A DNA stretch of 64,000 nt from Octopus sinensis (GCF_006345805.1 NC_043013.1:35898001-35962000), one strand, 5' to 3'. Shown: positions 12,930-26,102, numbered from the stretch's first letter. Numbers and translations are program-made. Notes: generated by a model not told the origin, from the letters alone.

Positions 12930-14055
12930 TAAAAAAATTATTTTATGGTTTATTATTGTTTATATTTTGAATTATATATCTATGGGAGCACCAAAATCTT
13001 TTAAGAGCTTAGGGCCGCTATGGGTCTTAATCCAACTCTGAGTGTGATGTAGAAGTGTTGTAGTTGTGTATAGTGTTGATTATGGTGGCCCCATACCCCT
13101 ATGCATATGTAATTCAAAATGTAAGTTTTCTCCGACGTTTTTTTAATTGCCACATGAAATAAAGTACCTTGCTTAAGAACACAATGTGTTCCCTAGTGTC
13201 CATGGCATTATGATCATGTGGTGAACACCCTTAGCTTCATGCCATGTGTCTTCACTATTGAATGTGATGGTTGGATATTTGAGATGTTCTCTGATCCTTT
13301 TACTGCGGAAATCAGACATATTCACTCAAAATTTCATTATCCTTAATTACCAAAAGCAGTTTTTATTTACCAATCTATTTTTTGTTGAGGAATGTTATGT
13401 TTGAAACTATTTCCTCTTTCTTTTTTTTGTGATATGTCAAGTTTATTGAGGTAATGTCACTTACAGTAAATCCCAATTCTGTTTTGCTTTTTTTTTTTTT
13501 GGTTTTGGTAGATATTTTAACATCATTCCTGGAATAAACATGAAGTTTAATTTCACAGTTAAAGGGCTAATATTTCTAGAAAGAAGGGAGACACTATATT
13601 TAGTTGATGTCACTTTAAGCCAGTTGTTCCGAATCCAGATTATTTGGTAGTTTATGTAAAGTCAGAAGTGGTTATCACAAGAATTATCTCAAGAATGGTA
13701 GGATAATGTGACTGTGATACCACCTTCTTATATTATGACTTGTACTATTATTTTCAGAACTGCAAGGTGGCGAGCTGGCAGAACCATTAACACACTGGAT
13801 GAAATGCTTAGCGGCATTTTGTCTGTCTTTACATTCTGTGTTTAAATTCTGCCGAGGTTGACTTTGCCCTTCATCCTCTAAGGGTCGATAAATTAAGTAC
13901 CAATGTTTCAGGCCTTGTGCCTTTAGTAGAAAGGGTTATCTACAGAATTGTAAAACTTAGTAGCGCTTATCAAAATCATTGCAGAAAGAGCACCTTTGTT
14001 TATAAAAACAACATTATGGAATTATAGTTCTTAAATCTGATGGAAAGAAGTAAGT

Positions 14056-14127
14056 GGGTACATTGGTGTAGTGGTAGCACACTTGTTGCAAAAACATAAA
14101 GGTGTGGGTTCATGTCCCACACATACA
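14056..14127 (+). pseudogene. tRNA-like sequence (pseudogene or SINE head)
   Basis: A box TGGTGTAGTGG and T-arm gtggg-TTCATGT-cccac; acceptor and anticodon arms do not pair cleanly. Confidence 0.45.
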
Positions 14128-14210
14128 GAAAACCCACTTTCTTCTGTTGAGGGTTTATAAGCTCCAGTATTAGACTATTTTCTTTAGTCAATACATGGTG
14201 ATCGCTTATA

Positions 14211-14530
14211 AGGCGCATGGCTTAGTGGTTAGGACATTTGGCTCATGAAGGTAAGGTCATGAGTTCAATTCCCGGTGACATGTCATATCCTTCAGCAAGA
14301 CACTTTATTTTCACATTGCTCCAGTCCACTAAGCTGGCAAAATTGAGTAGTACCTGTATTTCAAAGGGCCAGACCTGTCACACTCAGTGTCATGCTGAAT
14401 CTCCCTGAAAACTACATCAAGGGTACATGTGTTTGTGGAGTGCTCAGCCACTTGCATATTAATTTCATGACCAAGCTGTTTCATTGATATTACCAGCTCG
14501 TAACAAACAGAGTGCTCCTCTATGCCTATT
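14211..14530 (+). mobile_element. tRNA-headed SINE (third family, V/Meta-like central domain)
   Basis: TGGCTTAGTGG / GAGTTCAATTCC boxes, then agcaagacactttatt...ccagtccact..gctggcaaaa. Second copy at about 20380-20680. Confidence 0.7.
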
Positions 14531-14609
14531 AAAAAAAAAATTATTATCATTTACAGAATTCTAAAACTTAGCATCGCAGAAATGTAGCTGTATGCTTTGT
14601 AGAGGTGAG

Positions 14610-15010
14610 GGCTTATTGCATAAGAATAGACTGGAAAGAATGGGTGAGAGGACAGACCCCTGTGGTACACTGTTGAGTCAGGAGAAGAATTATTGGTTCT
14701 AAAAGCATTGTTCTATGAAGATATGAGATTTTAACTGGTAGTTTGCTTGCAGGGATTGAGTTGAAAGCTTTGCTGATTTCAAAGGTAGTTGGAATGGTAC
14801 ATGTGAGAGGGAATTTTTGGGTGTGCTGTTGAAGCCCCACTGCAGATTTTGTGGTAGGTCTAGGGGTAGAATAGTGACCAGGTTTTGTAGTCTGAGCTTG
14901 TGTTTTGGTTTGGAGATGGGGGTCATAGATGAGTGGGTTAATGACGTCAAGGATTTGCCCTTCTGTAATGTTTAAACTTAAAAGCATTGGTATGAAATAG
15001 TCTTTATAAA
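14610..15010 (-). pseudogene. Decayed non-LTR retrotransposon reverse transcriptase fragment
   Basis: The minus strand gives EISKAFNSIP (D-x-SKAFD motif) and, after a frameshift, SVPQGSVLSP (GVPQGSVLSP motif). Confidence 0.75.
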
Positions 15011-15179
15011 TGAAGGAACCGAATTAGGTTGTAAAATTCCTCACCCATTGAGAATATAGGCTGCAAATAGCGATAAGAAAGAAGGAGGCAGTAAGAGAAG
15101 AAAAAGCGAAAGAGAGAATGAATATAGAGAGAAAGAAAGAGCAGAAAGAAATGAGGAAAGCTACACACACACAACATAC

Positions 15180-15491
15180 TTCATCATCATCATCATTAGC
15201 ACTGTTGTTGGTATTATCGTCATCATTATTATCATCATCATCATACTTATCGTTATCATTACTGTCTTCATCATCATCATCATTATAATCATAACCATCA
15301 TCATCATCATCAATAGCATCAGATTCACCCTCATTACCACCTCCATTTTCATCATCATTGTTGTCATCATCATCGTCCTCATCCTCATCAATATCATTCC
15401 CATCATCATCATCATCACCACCACCACCACCATCACCACCACTACCACCACCACCATCATCATCATCATCACCACCACCACCATCACCACC

Positions 15492-15525
<34 letters not shown>

Positions 15526-15912
15526 TCACCATCATCATGACCAGCATCACCTTCATCATCACTTTCATCATCACCGCCACCACCATCATCATCATCATCA
15601 GCACCACCACCACCACCATCACCACCACCACCACCACCACCACCACCATCATCATCATCACCACCACCACCACCATCACCACCACTACCACCACCACCAT
15701 CATCATCATCATCACCACCACCACCATCACCACCACTACCATCATCATCATCATCATCACCATCATCATGACCAGCATCACCTTCATCATCACTTTCATC
15801 ATCACCGCCACCACCATCATCATCATCATCAGCACCACCACCACCACCATCACCACCACCACCACCACCACCACCACCATCATCATCATCACCACCACCA
15901 CCACCATCACCA

Positions 15913-15945
<33 letters not shown>

Positions 15946-15949
15946 CCAC

Positions 15950-15992
<43 letters not shown>

Positions 15993-16100
15993 GTCGTCGT
16001 TGCTGCCGTCATCGTTGCCATCAATCATGGTCACTATCATCACCATCAGCATCATCACCTCTGATCATTACCCTCAGCATCATTGCCATCGCTATCGTTA
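15180..16100. repeat. (CAT/CAC)n trinucleotide array with an internal ~231-bp duplication
   Basis: catcatgaccagcatcaccttcatcatcactttc occurs at about 15532 and 15763. Confidence 0.9.
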
Positions 16101-16164
16101 CAACTCACCATCACTCCCTCACTTCCCTTCTCTTTCTCCTCACCCAATCACTAAAAGTAATTAA

Positions 16165-16208
<44 letters not shown>

Positions 16209-16924
16209 TAGTCTCGAGTTATGGCCAATTGACCGTCTAATACACAAGTAATTTGATGGTTTCCCCAATGTGGACATGAGAAACAAAATGAAAACAAACA
16301 AGAAAAATAAAAGGAAATATAAATAACAAAACCAGTAACACATGTGCGGTGATGCTGGTTGATGTGTGTGTGGTGGTGGTGGTGGTGGTGGTGATGATGA
16401 TGGTGATGGTGGTTGTTATGATGATGATGCTGGTGGTGGTGGTGGTGGTGGTGATGGGGGTGGTTGTAATAATGTTGGTGATGATGATGGTGGTGGTGGT
16501 GGTGGTTATGATGGTTGCAGTGGTAGTGATGATGGTGTTTTATAAATGTGTTTATTTATATATATATATATATATATATGTGCATGTGTGTGTATGTATG
16601 TGTGCATATGTATTTGTATATTTATGTATGTGTACATGTTTGTATGTGTGTGTTGTGTGTCTCTGAGTGTGTAAATGTGTGTGTATAATTGTCTGTGTGT
16701 GTGTGTGTGTGTGCTTACAGCCAAGACATGGTCTTCTGAACTGACCGCATATGCAGTAAGATTGAATAAGAACTGGTTTGTACCATGAAAATTTATCCAA
16801 CCCATGCTAGCATGGAAAGCAGATATGAACTGAAATCGATGGTGATAATGACGATGAGGATGATGATGATGATAAAAATGACAACAATGATGATAGTGAT
16901 GATGGCAAGATGATGATGATGACA

Positions 16925-16957
<33 letters not shown>

Positions 16958-17202
16958 GTGTGTGCATATGCATGTGTGTATATATTGTCTTTTATCCTTT
17001 ACTTGTTTCAGTCATTAAACTCTGGCCATGCTGGGGCACACCATAGAAGAATTTTTCATCGAATGAATCAACACCACTACTTATGTTTTTTTTTTTTTTT
17101 TCAGTTAAGCCTGGTACTATCTTATCAATCACCTTTTGCTGGGCCGCTAAGTTACAAGGTATGTAAACACACCAACACCGGTTGTCAAGTGGTGGTGAGG
17201 GA

Positions 17203-17257
<55 letters not shown>

Positions 17258-17288
17258 ACACACTCATACACTCACATACAAACACACC

Positions 17289-17325
<37 letters not shown>

Positions 17326-17329
17326 TATA

Positions 17330-17530
17330 GTTAATCCAAACAAGAAAACACAAAGAGAAAACACAACAACGCGAGGACGTGGAACAAATATAGTATTATT
17401 GGACGCTCAGGAAGGAAGGGAAGAAGGAGGGTTTAACGTTTCGAGCGGAGCTCTTCGTCGGAAAGATCCAGAGAAGGGAAGACAGAGGAAAAAAAATTGC
17501 CAACGGTACACACGTGGTCACATTTTGAAT
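17330..17530 (-). mobile_element. Hammerhead-bearing short element inserted in the (TA)n of a SINE
   Basis: Interrupts a minus-strand SINE (about 16990-17703). Homologous to 19126-19326, 42465-42675 and 58205-58343. Confidence 0.8.
17431..17464 (-). ncRNA. Minimal hammerhead motif, CCGACGA (U4C) variant
   Basis: Minus strand: UUU-[CCGACGA]-A-GAGC ucc GCUC-[GAAA]-CG-UU^-AAAC; palindromic stem III ACGU. Confidence 0.6.
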
Positions 17531-18065
17531 ATATATAAGTATATATATATGACAGGCTTCTTTCAGTTTCCGTCTACCAAATCCACTCACAATGCTCTGG
17601 TCAGCTTAAGTCTATAGAAGAAGATAATTGCCTAAGACACCATGCACAGAGTCTGAACCCAGAACCATGTAGCTGGGAAGTAAGCTTCTTACCACACAGC
17701 CATATAATGTATAGGCATGTGTACATGTGTGTGTATGACTAATTATATTGAGCTGTCATCAGAGAGAATCTGCAACAGAGGTTCAATCTCCTGTTGAGTC
17801 ACCTTCACATTAAACTACCAAAAGATCTCCACCTCCTACCAAAAGATATCCAGCCTGACCAAGCAATGAGGAAGCCTGTGTTTAGTCATGGGGTATGCTA
17901 GAAATAGCAGCCAAATCAGGAGGAGAAGGTAGTGTTGTTGATGATGATGATGGTGTTGACAATGAAATGATGATGATAAGAATGACGATGACGGTGATGA
18001 TTATGATGGTGGTGGAACTGTGGTGGTGGTGGTTTTGATGATGAATATGATAATGATGGTGGTGG

Positions 18066-18096
<31 letters not shown>

Positions 18097-19007
18097 GATG
18101 ATGGTGGTGATGATGGTGGTGGTTGATGATGAAGATAATGATGGTGGTGGTGTGGTGGTGGTGGTGATGATGATGATGGTGGTGGTGGTGATGATGATGG
18201 TGATGGTGGTTGTTATGATGATGATGCTGGTGGTGGTGGTGGTGGTGGTGATGGGGGTGGTTGTAATAATGTTGGTGATGATGATGGTGGTGGTGGTGGT
18301 GGTTATGATGGTTGCAGTGGTAGTGATGATGGTGTTTTATAAATGTGTTTATTTATATATATATATATATATATATGTGCATGTGTGTGTATGTATGTGT
18401 GCATATGTATTTGTATATTTATGTATGTGTACATGTTTGTATGTGTGTGTTTGTGTGTCTCTGAGTGTGTAAATGTGTGTGTATAATTGTCTGTGTGTGT
18501 GTGTGTGTGTGCTTACAGCCAAGACATGGTCTTCTGAACTGACCGCATATGCAGTAAGATTGAATAAGAACTGGTTTGTACCATGAAAATTTATCCAACC
18601 CATGCTAGCATGGAAAGCAGATATGAACTGAAATCGATGGTGATAATGACGATGAGGATGATGATGATGATAAAAATGACAACAATGATGATAGTGATGA
18701 TGGCAAGATGATGATGATGACAATGATGACAATGATGATGATGATGATGATGATGATGATGGTGTGTGCATATGCATGTGTGTATATATTGTCTTTTATC
18801 CTTTACTTGTTTCAGTCATTAAACTCTGGCCATGCTGGGGCACACCATAGAAGAATTTTTCATCGAATGAATCAACACCACTACTTATGTTTTTTTTTTT
18901 CTTTTCAGTTAAGCCTGGTACTATCTTTATCAATCACCTTTTGCTGGGCCGCTAAGTTACAAGGTATGTAAACACACCAACACCGGTTGTCAAGTGGTGG
19001 TGAGGGA

Positions 19008-19041
<34 letters not shown>

Positions 19042-19226
19042 ACACACACTCACACACACACTCATACACTCACATACAAACACACTTGTGTGTATATATA
19101 TATATATATATATAATATATATATAGTTAATCCAAACAAGAAAACACAAAGAGAAAACACAACAACGCGAGGACGTGGAACAAATATAGTATTATTGGAC
19201 GCTCAGGAAGGAAGGGAAGAAGGAGG

Positions 19227-19260
19227 GTTTAACGTTTCGAGCGGAGCTCTTCGTCGGAAA
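19227..19260 (-). ncRNA. Minimal hammerhead motif, CCGACGA variant (duplicate copy)
   Basis: Identical to 17431-17464. Confidence 0.6.
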
Positions 19261-19856
19261 GATCCAGAGAAGGGAAGACAGAGGAAAAAAAATTGCCAAC
19301 GGTACACACGTGGTCACATTTTGAATATATATAAGTATATATATATGACAGGCTTCTTTCAGTTTCCGTCTACCAAATCCACTCACAATGCTCTGGTCAG
19401 CTTAAGTCTATAGAAGAAGATAATTGCCTAAGACACCATGCACAGAGTCTGAACCCAGAACCATGTAGCTGGGAAGTAAGCTTCTTACCACACAGCCATT
19501 TAATGTATAGGCATGTGTACATGTGTGTGTATGACTAATTATATTGAGCTGTCATCAGAGAGAATCTGCAACAGAGGTTCAATCTCCTGTTGAGTCACCT
19601 TCACATTAAACTATCTCCACCTCCTACCAAAAGATATCCAGCCTGACTAAGCAATGAGGAAGCCTGTGTTTAGTCATGGGGTATGCTAGAAATAGCAGCC
19701 AAATCAGGAGGAGAAGGTAGTGTTGTTGATGATGATGATGATGGTGTTGACAATGAAATGATGATGATAAGAATGACGATGACGGTGATGATTATGATGG
19801 TGGTGGAACTGTGGTGGTGGTGGTTTTGATGATGAATATGATAATGATGGTGGTGG

Positions 19857-19887
<31 letters not shown>

Positions 19888-20862
19888 GATGATGGTGGTG
19901 ATGATGGTGGTGGTTGATGATGAAGATAATGATGGTGGTGGTGGTGATGATGATGATGGTGGTGGTGGTGGTGGTGGTGATGGTGATGGTGGTGGTGGGG
20001 GGTGATGATGATGATGTTGACAATGAAATGATGATAAGAATAATGATGACGGTGATGATGATGATGGTGGTAGTGGTAGTGGTGGTAGTGATGGTGGTGG
20101 TGATGGTGGTGATGATGATGATGGTGGTGGTGGTGGTGGTGGTGGTGGTTTTGGTGGTGCTGGGGATGATGATGGTGGTGGTGGTAGTGGTGATGGTGGT
20201 GGTGGTGGTGGTGGTGGTGGTGGTGGTGATGACGATGATGATAATGATGATGATGATAAGGTGAACAGTAGTGAATTCACAGGATAAAAAAAACATTTGA
20301 ATTCAAATTCCAGCAAGAGCAATTTTGCCTTTAACCCCTTTATCCTCTAAAAGGCAGTAAACAAAAGAAGACATGTGGATTAATGGCTGGAGTATTGAGC
20401 TGACAATCATGAATTTGACTCTTGGCAGTACATTGTGACCTTAAGCAAGACACTTTATTTCTCATTGCTTCTGTCCCACTCGGCTGGCAAAAATGAATTG
20501 TACCTGTAATTCATAGAGCCAACCTTGTCAAATTCTGTGCCATGCTGAATCTCTCTGAGAACTACATTAAGTATACATGTGTCTGTGGAGTACTCAGCCA
20601 CCACTTGCATATTAATTTCATTAGCAAGCTTTTCCATTGGTTGAATCACCTGGAACACTCCTTGTCAAAACTGATGGAGAGCAAGGCAAACAAAAGTACC
20701 AGTTGTATACTGGGAGCAGTTTAACCAACTCCCTAAACCACGTACATAACATAACCACTTGCTCATTGCCTGTATATGATATTATATTTAAAGAGGCATG
20801 AGATAGACAAAGGGATTAAAACAGAGTCAGAGAGAAGCTAAGAAAATGCTTTGCAGTATTGA

Positions 20863-21923
20863 TTAACCCTTTAGCATATAGATTACTCTGCCATATGTAA
20901 CACTTAATTATTCACATTGTTTTGAATTAATCATGCATTATCTCATAGCTTTGAGATTTTGCTGATGTGATTATTTTTAGAATGACACTATAGTGTAGAT
21001 GCAAGAGGCCAGATCTTGGTCAGTTTGTGAATAAAGCTAGAAGAATATTTGGTCTGGATATGGCCAATTCAGTGCTTTAGTGTTCAGATTACTCTATTAA
21101 ATGCAATGCTTATTTATTCACATTCATCATCATCATCATTATCATTGTTTAACGTCCGTTTTCCATGCTAGCATGGGTTGGACGGTTCAACTGGGGTCAG
21201 GGAAACCAGGAGGCTGCACCAGGCTACAGTCTGATCTGGCAGTATTTCTACAGCTGGATGCCCTTCCTAATACCAACACCAACCACTCCATGAGTGCAGT
21301 GGGTACTTTTTATGTGCCACCAGCACAGGGGCCAGAAGAGGCTGGAAACGGCCACGATCAGTTGGTTCTTTTTACGTGCCACCGGCACAGATGCCAGTCA
21401 AGGCAGCGCTGGCATCAGCCATGTTTGGATGGTGCTTTTTATGTGCCACCAGCCCGGGTATCACAACTACAATTTCCATTTGATTTTCATTTTGATGTTG
21501 ATGTACTTCAAAATAAAAATCAAATAGAAATTGTAGTTGTGTCCATTGTTTTGAATTAATCAGGAATTTATCTTGTAGCTTAGAGATTTCAATGATGTGA
21601 TTATTTTTAGACTGACATTGTAGGGTAGATGTGAGAGGCCAGATCTTGGCCAGTTTGTGCATAAAGCAAGAAGAATATTTGGGTTGGATATGGCCAATTC
21701 GGTGCTTTAATGTTCAGATTATTCTATTAAATGCAAAGCTTATTTATTCCCATTGTTTTGAATTAATCATGAATTTATCTTGTAGCTTAGAGATTTCGAT
21801 AAAATGATTGTTTTTAAAATGACATTGCAGCATAGGTGTGAGAGGCTGGATCCAGCCAGTTTGAGCATAAAACATGTAGACTATTTGGGTTGGATCTGGT
21901 CAGTTTAAATGCTAAATGGTTAA
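20863..21923 (-). mobile_element. TTAA-bounded MITE with ~3 internal tandem units and an inserted RTE-tail element
   Basis: ttaaccctttagcat ... aatgctaaatggttaa ends; the cattgttttgaattaatca...gaggccagatc...ggatatggcc unit is repeated. Confidence 0.65.
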
Positions 21924-22510
21924 GACGCACAGGTCTATTTTTAAGCTCTCTAACCGCAGGTTACTTTGTGTTAAGCCTACTTTGGCCATTCAGCCATACT
22001 GCAACATGAAAGTCACTATTTGCCATGTGTCCGCATCATGACAAATGTGCCCTGCTTGACTGTTGCACTTATTTGATCTATGTGCAGCAACACAAATGTA
22101 TAGTCAGAGAAATATGTGTAACAATTTCAACCTGTGTTTTGATTGCATTTGCATTTTTAAAGACACAGCAAATTTTGTCCTAATGTTTGCCTTTTTCAGC
22201 TGAGATATAATTATATAATGCTTTCCCTATATGTACCGTGGAGCTTATTGCACAATCTGCTGTGAAAGGAGCTTTAATCTGCTTCCATCTGCTTGCATCT
22301 TTTCATAGGGATACATATATGTATGTATGTATATATATATAATATATATATATCTAACATCATCATCGTCATCATCATCATTTCATTATTTAATGCCTGC
22401 TTTCCTTCTGGCATGGGTTGGATGGTTCGACTGGGGTCTGGGAAGCCAGGAGGCTGCACCAGGCTCCAATCTGATCTGAAATATATATATGTGTGTGTTT
22501 GTGTGTGTGA

Positions 22511-22555
<45 letters not shown>

Positions 22556-22613
22556 CTGCAAATAACATAAATCCAAAAGAAGAAGCACAATTAAAAGATA
22601 TATATATATATAT

Positions 22614-22751
22614 AAATGGGGAAGGCCGGTTTATAGGATTACCTTAGGTCTCCCATCCATAAAGGGTTTAGCTTTATGGCATCTCGTCAGGTCCCAAAAC
22701 CTGTTAGCCCAAGGCCTCTGGAGAATATTCATAAACTGGCCTTCCTCATTT
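22614..22751. repeat. Short element with 21-bp terminal inverted repeats in (TA)n
   Basis: aaatggggaaggccggtttat / ataaactggccttcctcattt (19/21 complementary). Confidence 0.7.
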
Positions 22752-22763
22752 TCCATGTATATG

Positions 22764-22805
<42 letters not shown>

Positions 22806-22961
22806 TAAATATAAATGGATGAATGAATTATCCTTTGTTTACTGTTAACATGGAAAATTCAATAAACAGTTACTAGGGTAGCAAAATTCACACAAGTAAC
22901 GAGGATGTAGCAACCAATTCAAAGGTAGAAACTCCGGGTTAATGTGCAGTAATTTGTGAAG

Positions 22962-23151
22962 TATAAGTAAATAAATGGAGTTGAACGCAGATGCTATTCA
23001 AATTGTTTTACTTTCGACATATGTTTCGAAGACAACTGTGGCTTTATTCCAAATCAATTTATTCCAAAGGAATAAAACCAATGTTGTATTCGAAACATAT
23101 GTCGAAAGTAGAAGAATTTGAATAGCATCTGCGTTCAACTCCATTTATTTA

Positions 23152-23157
<6 letters not shown>
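22962..23157. repeat. Fold-back palindrome carrying the hammerhead 3' half (GAAACATATGTC) in each arm
   Basis: ~88-bp near-perfect arms; gacatatgtttc at 23016-23027 and gaaacatatgtc at 23092-23103. Confidence 0.85.
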
Positions 23158-23180
<23 letters not shown>

Positions 23181-23193
<13 letters not shown>

Positions 23194-23580
23194 GCTGTGT
23201 GGTAAGTAGCTTGCTAACCAACCACATGGTTCCTGGTTCAGTCCCACTGCGTGGCATCTTGGGCAAGTGTCTTCTGCTATAGCCCCGGGCCGACCAATGC
23301 CTTGTGAGTGGATTTGGTAGACGGAAACTGAAGGAAGCCTGTCGTATATATGTATGTATACATATATATGTATGTATGTGTGTGTGTGTGTCTGTGTTTG
23401 TCCCCCTAGCATTGCTTGACAACCGATACTGGTGTGTTTACGTCCCCGTCACTCAGCGGTTCGGCAAAAGAGACCGATAGAATAAGTACTGGGCTTACAA
23501 AGAATAAGTCCCGGGGTCGATTTGCTCGACTAAAGGCGGTGCTCCAGCATGGCCGCAGTCAAATGACTGAAACAAGTATA
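23181..23580 (+). mobile_element. tRNA-derived SINE (dominant family), young copy
   Basis: Very close to 3410-3810, with CpGs retained. Confidence 0.9.
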
Positions 23581-23591
23581 AAAAAAAAAAT

Positions 23592-23630
<39 letters not shown>

Positions 23631-24383
23631 TATATATATATCAGCTGTAAGACGTTATTTTATAAATGTCCTGAAATCTTTAATAACCTTGGATTTTTTA
23701 TCACATTCTGTTAATTTCATATATATATATGTATATATGTATATATATATTTATATATATATATATGTATATATATATGTATGTATATTTATGTATCTAT
23801 ATTTATATATATATCTATATATCTATCTATCCATCTATATATATATATATGTGTGTGTGTCTGTATTTGTGTTTGTACCCTCACCATTGCTTGACAACCG
23901 ATGTTGGTGTGTTTACGTCCTCCGTCACTTAGCAGTTCAGTGAAAAAAGACCGAAAATAAATACTAGGCTTATAAAGAATAAGTCCTGGGACCAGTTTGT
24001 TTGATTAAAGGCGGTGCTCCAGCATGGCTGCAGTCAAATAACTGAAACAACTAAACGAATAAAAGACTATGTATGTGTGTATGTATATATATAAGCACAG
24101 GTATGGCTGTGTGTCAAGTGTTTGCTTCCTAACCACATGATTCCGGGTTCAGTCCCACTGTGTGGCACCTTGGGTAAGTGTCTTTTACTATAGCTGGTCT
24201 GAATGCTAAGGGGTTAATATTTCTTTAGATTCTGAGTTCAAATCACCTTACTGGTTGATTCTTCTGTCCCTCCTCCTCCTGAGGTCAATGAAAGTATAAA
24301 AAAAAAGAAACAAAAATCACATCACAACCAGTTAAATTACCAGAAGCTGATTTAATCAAATACACCCTTTCTCTCCCTCCCGC

Positions 24384-24628
24384 TCCCCCTCTCTCTTTCT
24401 CTTTCCTTCCCTCTGTCTTGCTCCCTCTCTCTTTCTTTCTCTCTCTCTTGCTCCTCCTCTCTCCCCCTCTCTCTTTCTCTTTCCTTCCCTCTGTCTTGCT
24501 CCCTCTCTCTTTCTTTCTCTCTCTCTTGCTCCTCCTCTCTCCCCCTCTCTCTTTCTCTTTCCTTCCCTCTGTCTTGCTCCCTCTCTCTTTCTTTCTCTCT
24601 CTCTTACTCCCCCTCTCTCCCCCTCTCT
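24384..24628. repeat. Pyrimidine-rich minisatellite, ~69-bp unit x ~3.5
   Basis: ctttccttccctctgtcttgctccctctct recurs three times at 69-bp spacing. Confidence 0.85.
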
Positions 24629-24888
24629 ACTAACATCGTTTCTGGCCTAGTGCCTCTCGCATACAAATCAATTAGTAAGAAGGTCGATGGATGGATGGAT
24701 GGATGATGGAATTGGTAAAGTGCTGACGAAAATGCCTTGTGGTGTGTTAGTTATATCCCATTAGCAGCCAAGTATTCAGGCTCACTCAATCAACAATAGC
24801 ACCTCCTCCATAAATCTGTGGTATTCCACATATCCAGGAAACCATTCACATTATTATTTTCCTTACCAACATCACCACCATCATCATC

Positions 24889-24920
<32 letters not shown>

Positions 24921-24922
24921 CA

Positions 24923-24964
<42 letters not shown>

Positions 24965-26061
24965 TATTATTATTATTATTATTATTATTATCCTTATTAC
25001 TATCATTATTGTTGTTGTTGTTGTTGTTGCTGTTATTATCATCATCATCATCATCATCGTAATTGTTATTGTTAGTATTGTCATAATTTACTATTTGTAT
25101 TGTTGTTATTATTTTTGTTATTATATCATCATCATCATCATCATCGTAATTGTTATTGTTAGTATTGTCATAATTTACTATTTGTATTGTTGTTATTATT
25201 TTTGTTATTATTATCATCATCATCATCAGCATCTTCATCATCATCATCATCATAATCATTAAACATCACGCCATGCATGAAATTGGAAGATTAAAATGTT
25301 ATTACGATAAATAGTTTTAGGCAAAAAACGTTTCTTGAGACAGTTTCGAATACGTACAAAAAAAAATAATAGTAAATAATAAATAAAATAAAAAGTAAAA
25401 TGGAATAAAATAAAATAAAATAAAATACAGCAAAATAAAACCTAAAACTAAAAAAAAAGATGAAAGCAAATTTCATATATAAAAAAAAATGAAAAAATCT
25501 AAATAACAAAAACAACAATACAAAACTATAAAAATATTTACATAAACTTATACAATAGCAGATATTTTACAACTATTAGCATTACAACAATAACTAATAC
25601 CATTATTTTACTATTTATTGTTGTAACATTATTATAACTTTTTTTTCATTTTTTTTTTAATATTTTTTGAGACAAATTTTTGGGGCAAAAAACATGCTAC
25701 TGATTGAATTTAAGACATCCAACTGAGTATAGCTTCGCAGCTATCACGCTATCAAATAGCTTTGAGGATTTATCTTACAAACTAAAGTAAAGTTTATGTT
25801 GTCATAAGGGGATTTTATAAATATTTTTCGCACTTCAGGAAGAAGTAGGCAAGGTAGATGGTTTCTTTTTTTTTGTTTTTGTATTTTGGAGTTTATGATA
25901 TTCAGATTTTAACACACACACACATACACACACAAGAAACAAACCAAATCAGGAACTAAAACAAACAAGTAAAAAAAATTTCAACGTAAAAAAATTGAAA
26001 GAATAACAAAAAAAGGAAATAAACCAAAAGAAGAAAAGTACAAAAAAAAATGAAAAGACTA

Positions 26062-26102
<41 letters not shown>

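Larger units (their letters stand above)
12060..13040 (+). mobile_element. Two tandem copies of an AT-rich non-autonomous DNA element (hAT-like MITE)
   Basis: 12060-12360 and 12361-13040 share ...ggggcaccaaaatctttt...ctatgggtcttaatcc. The left end matches 46505-46640. Confidence 0.6.
16365..19945. repeat. Tandem duplication of a ~1.8-kb unit (2 copies)
   Basis: Unique sequence repeats at an offset of about 1796 (ttaatccaaacaag at 17331 and 19127), with small indels between copies. Confidence 0.92.

Noticed and set aside
15024-16058. 344-aa Asp/Gly-rich ORF and overlapping Met/Val ORFs
   Set aside because: Translation of a (CAT/CAC)n array that is open in many frames; no domain or splice evidence.
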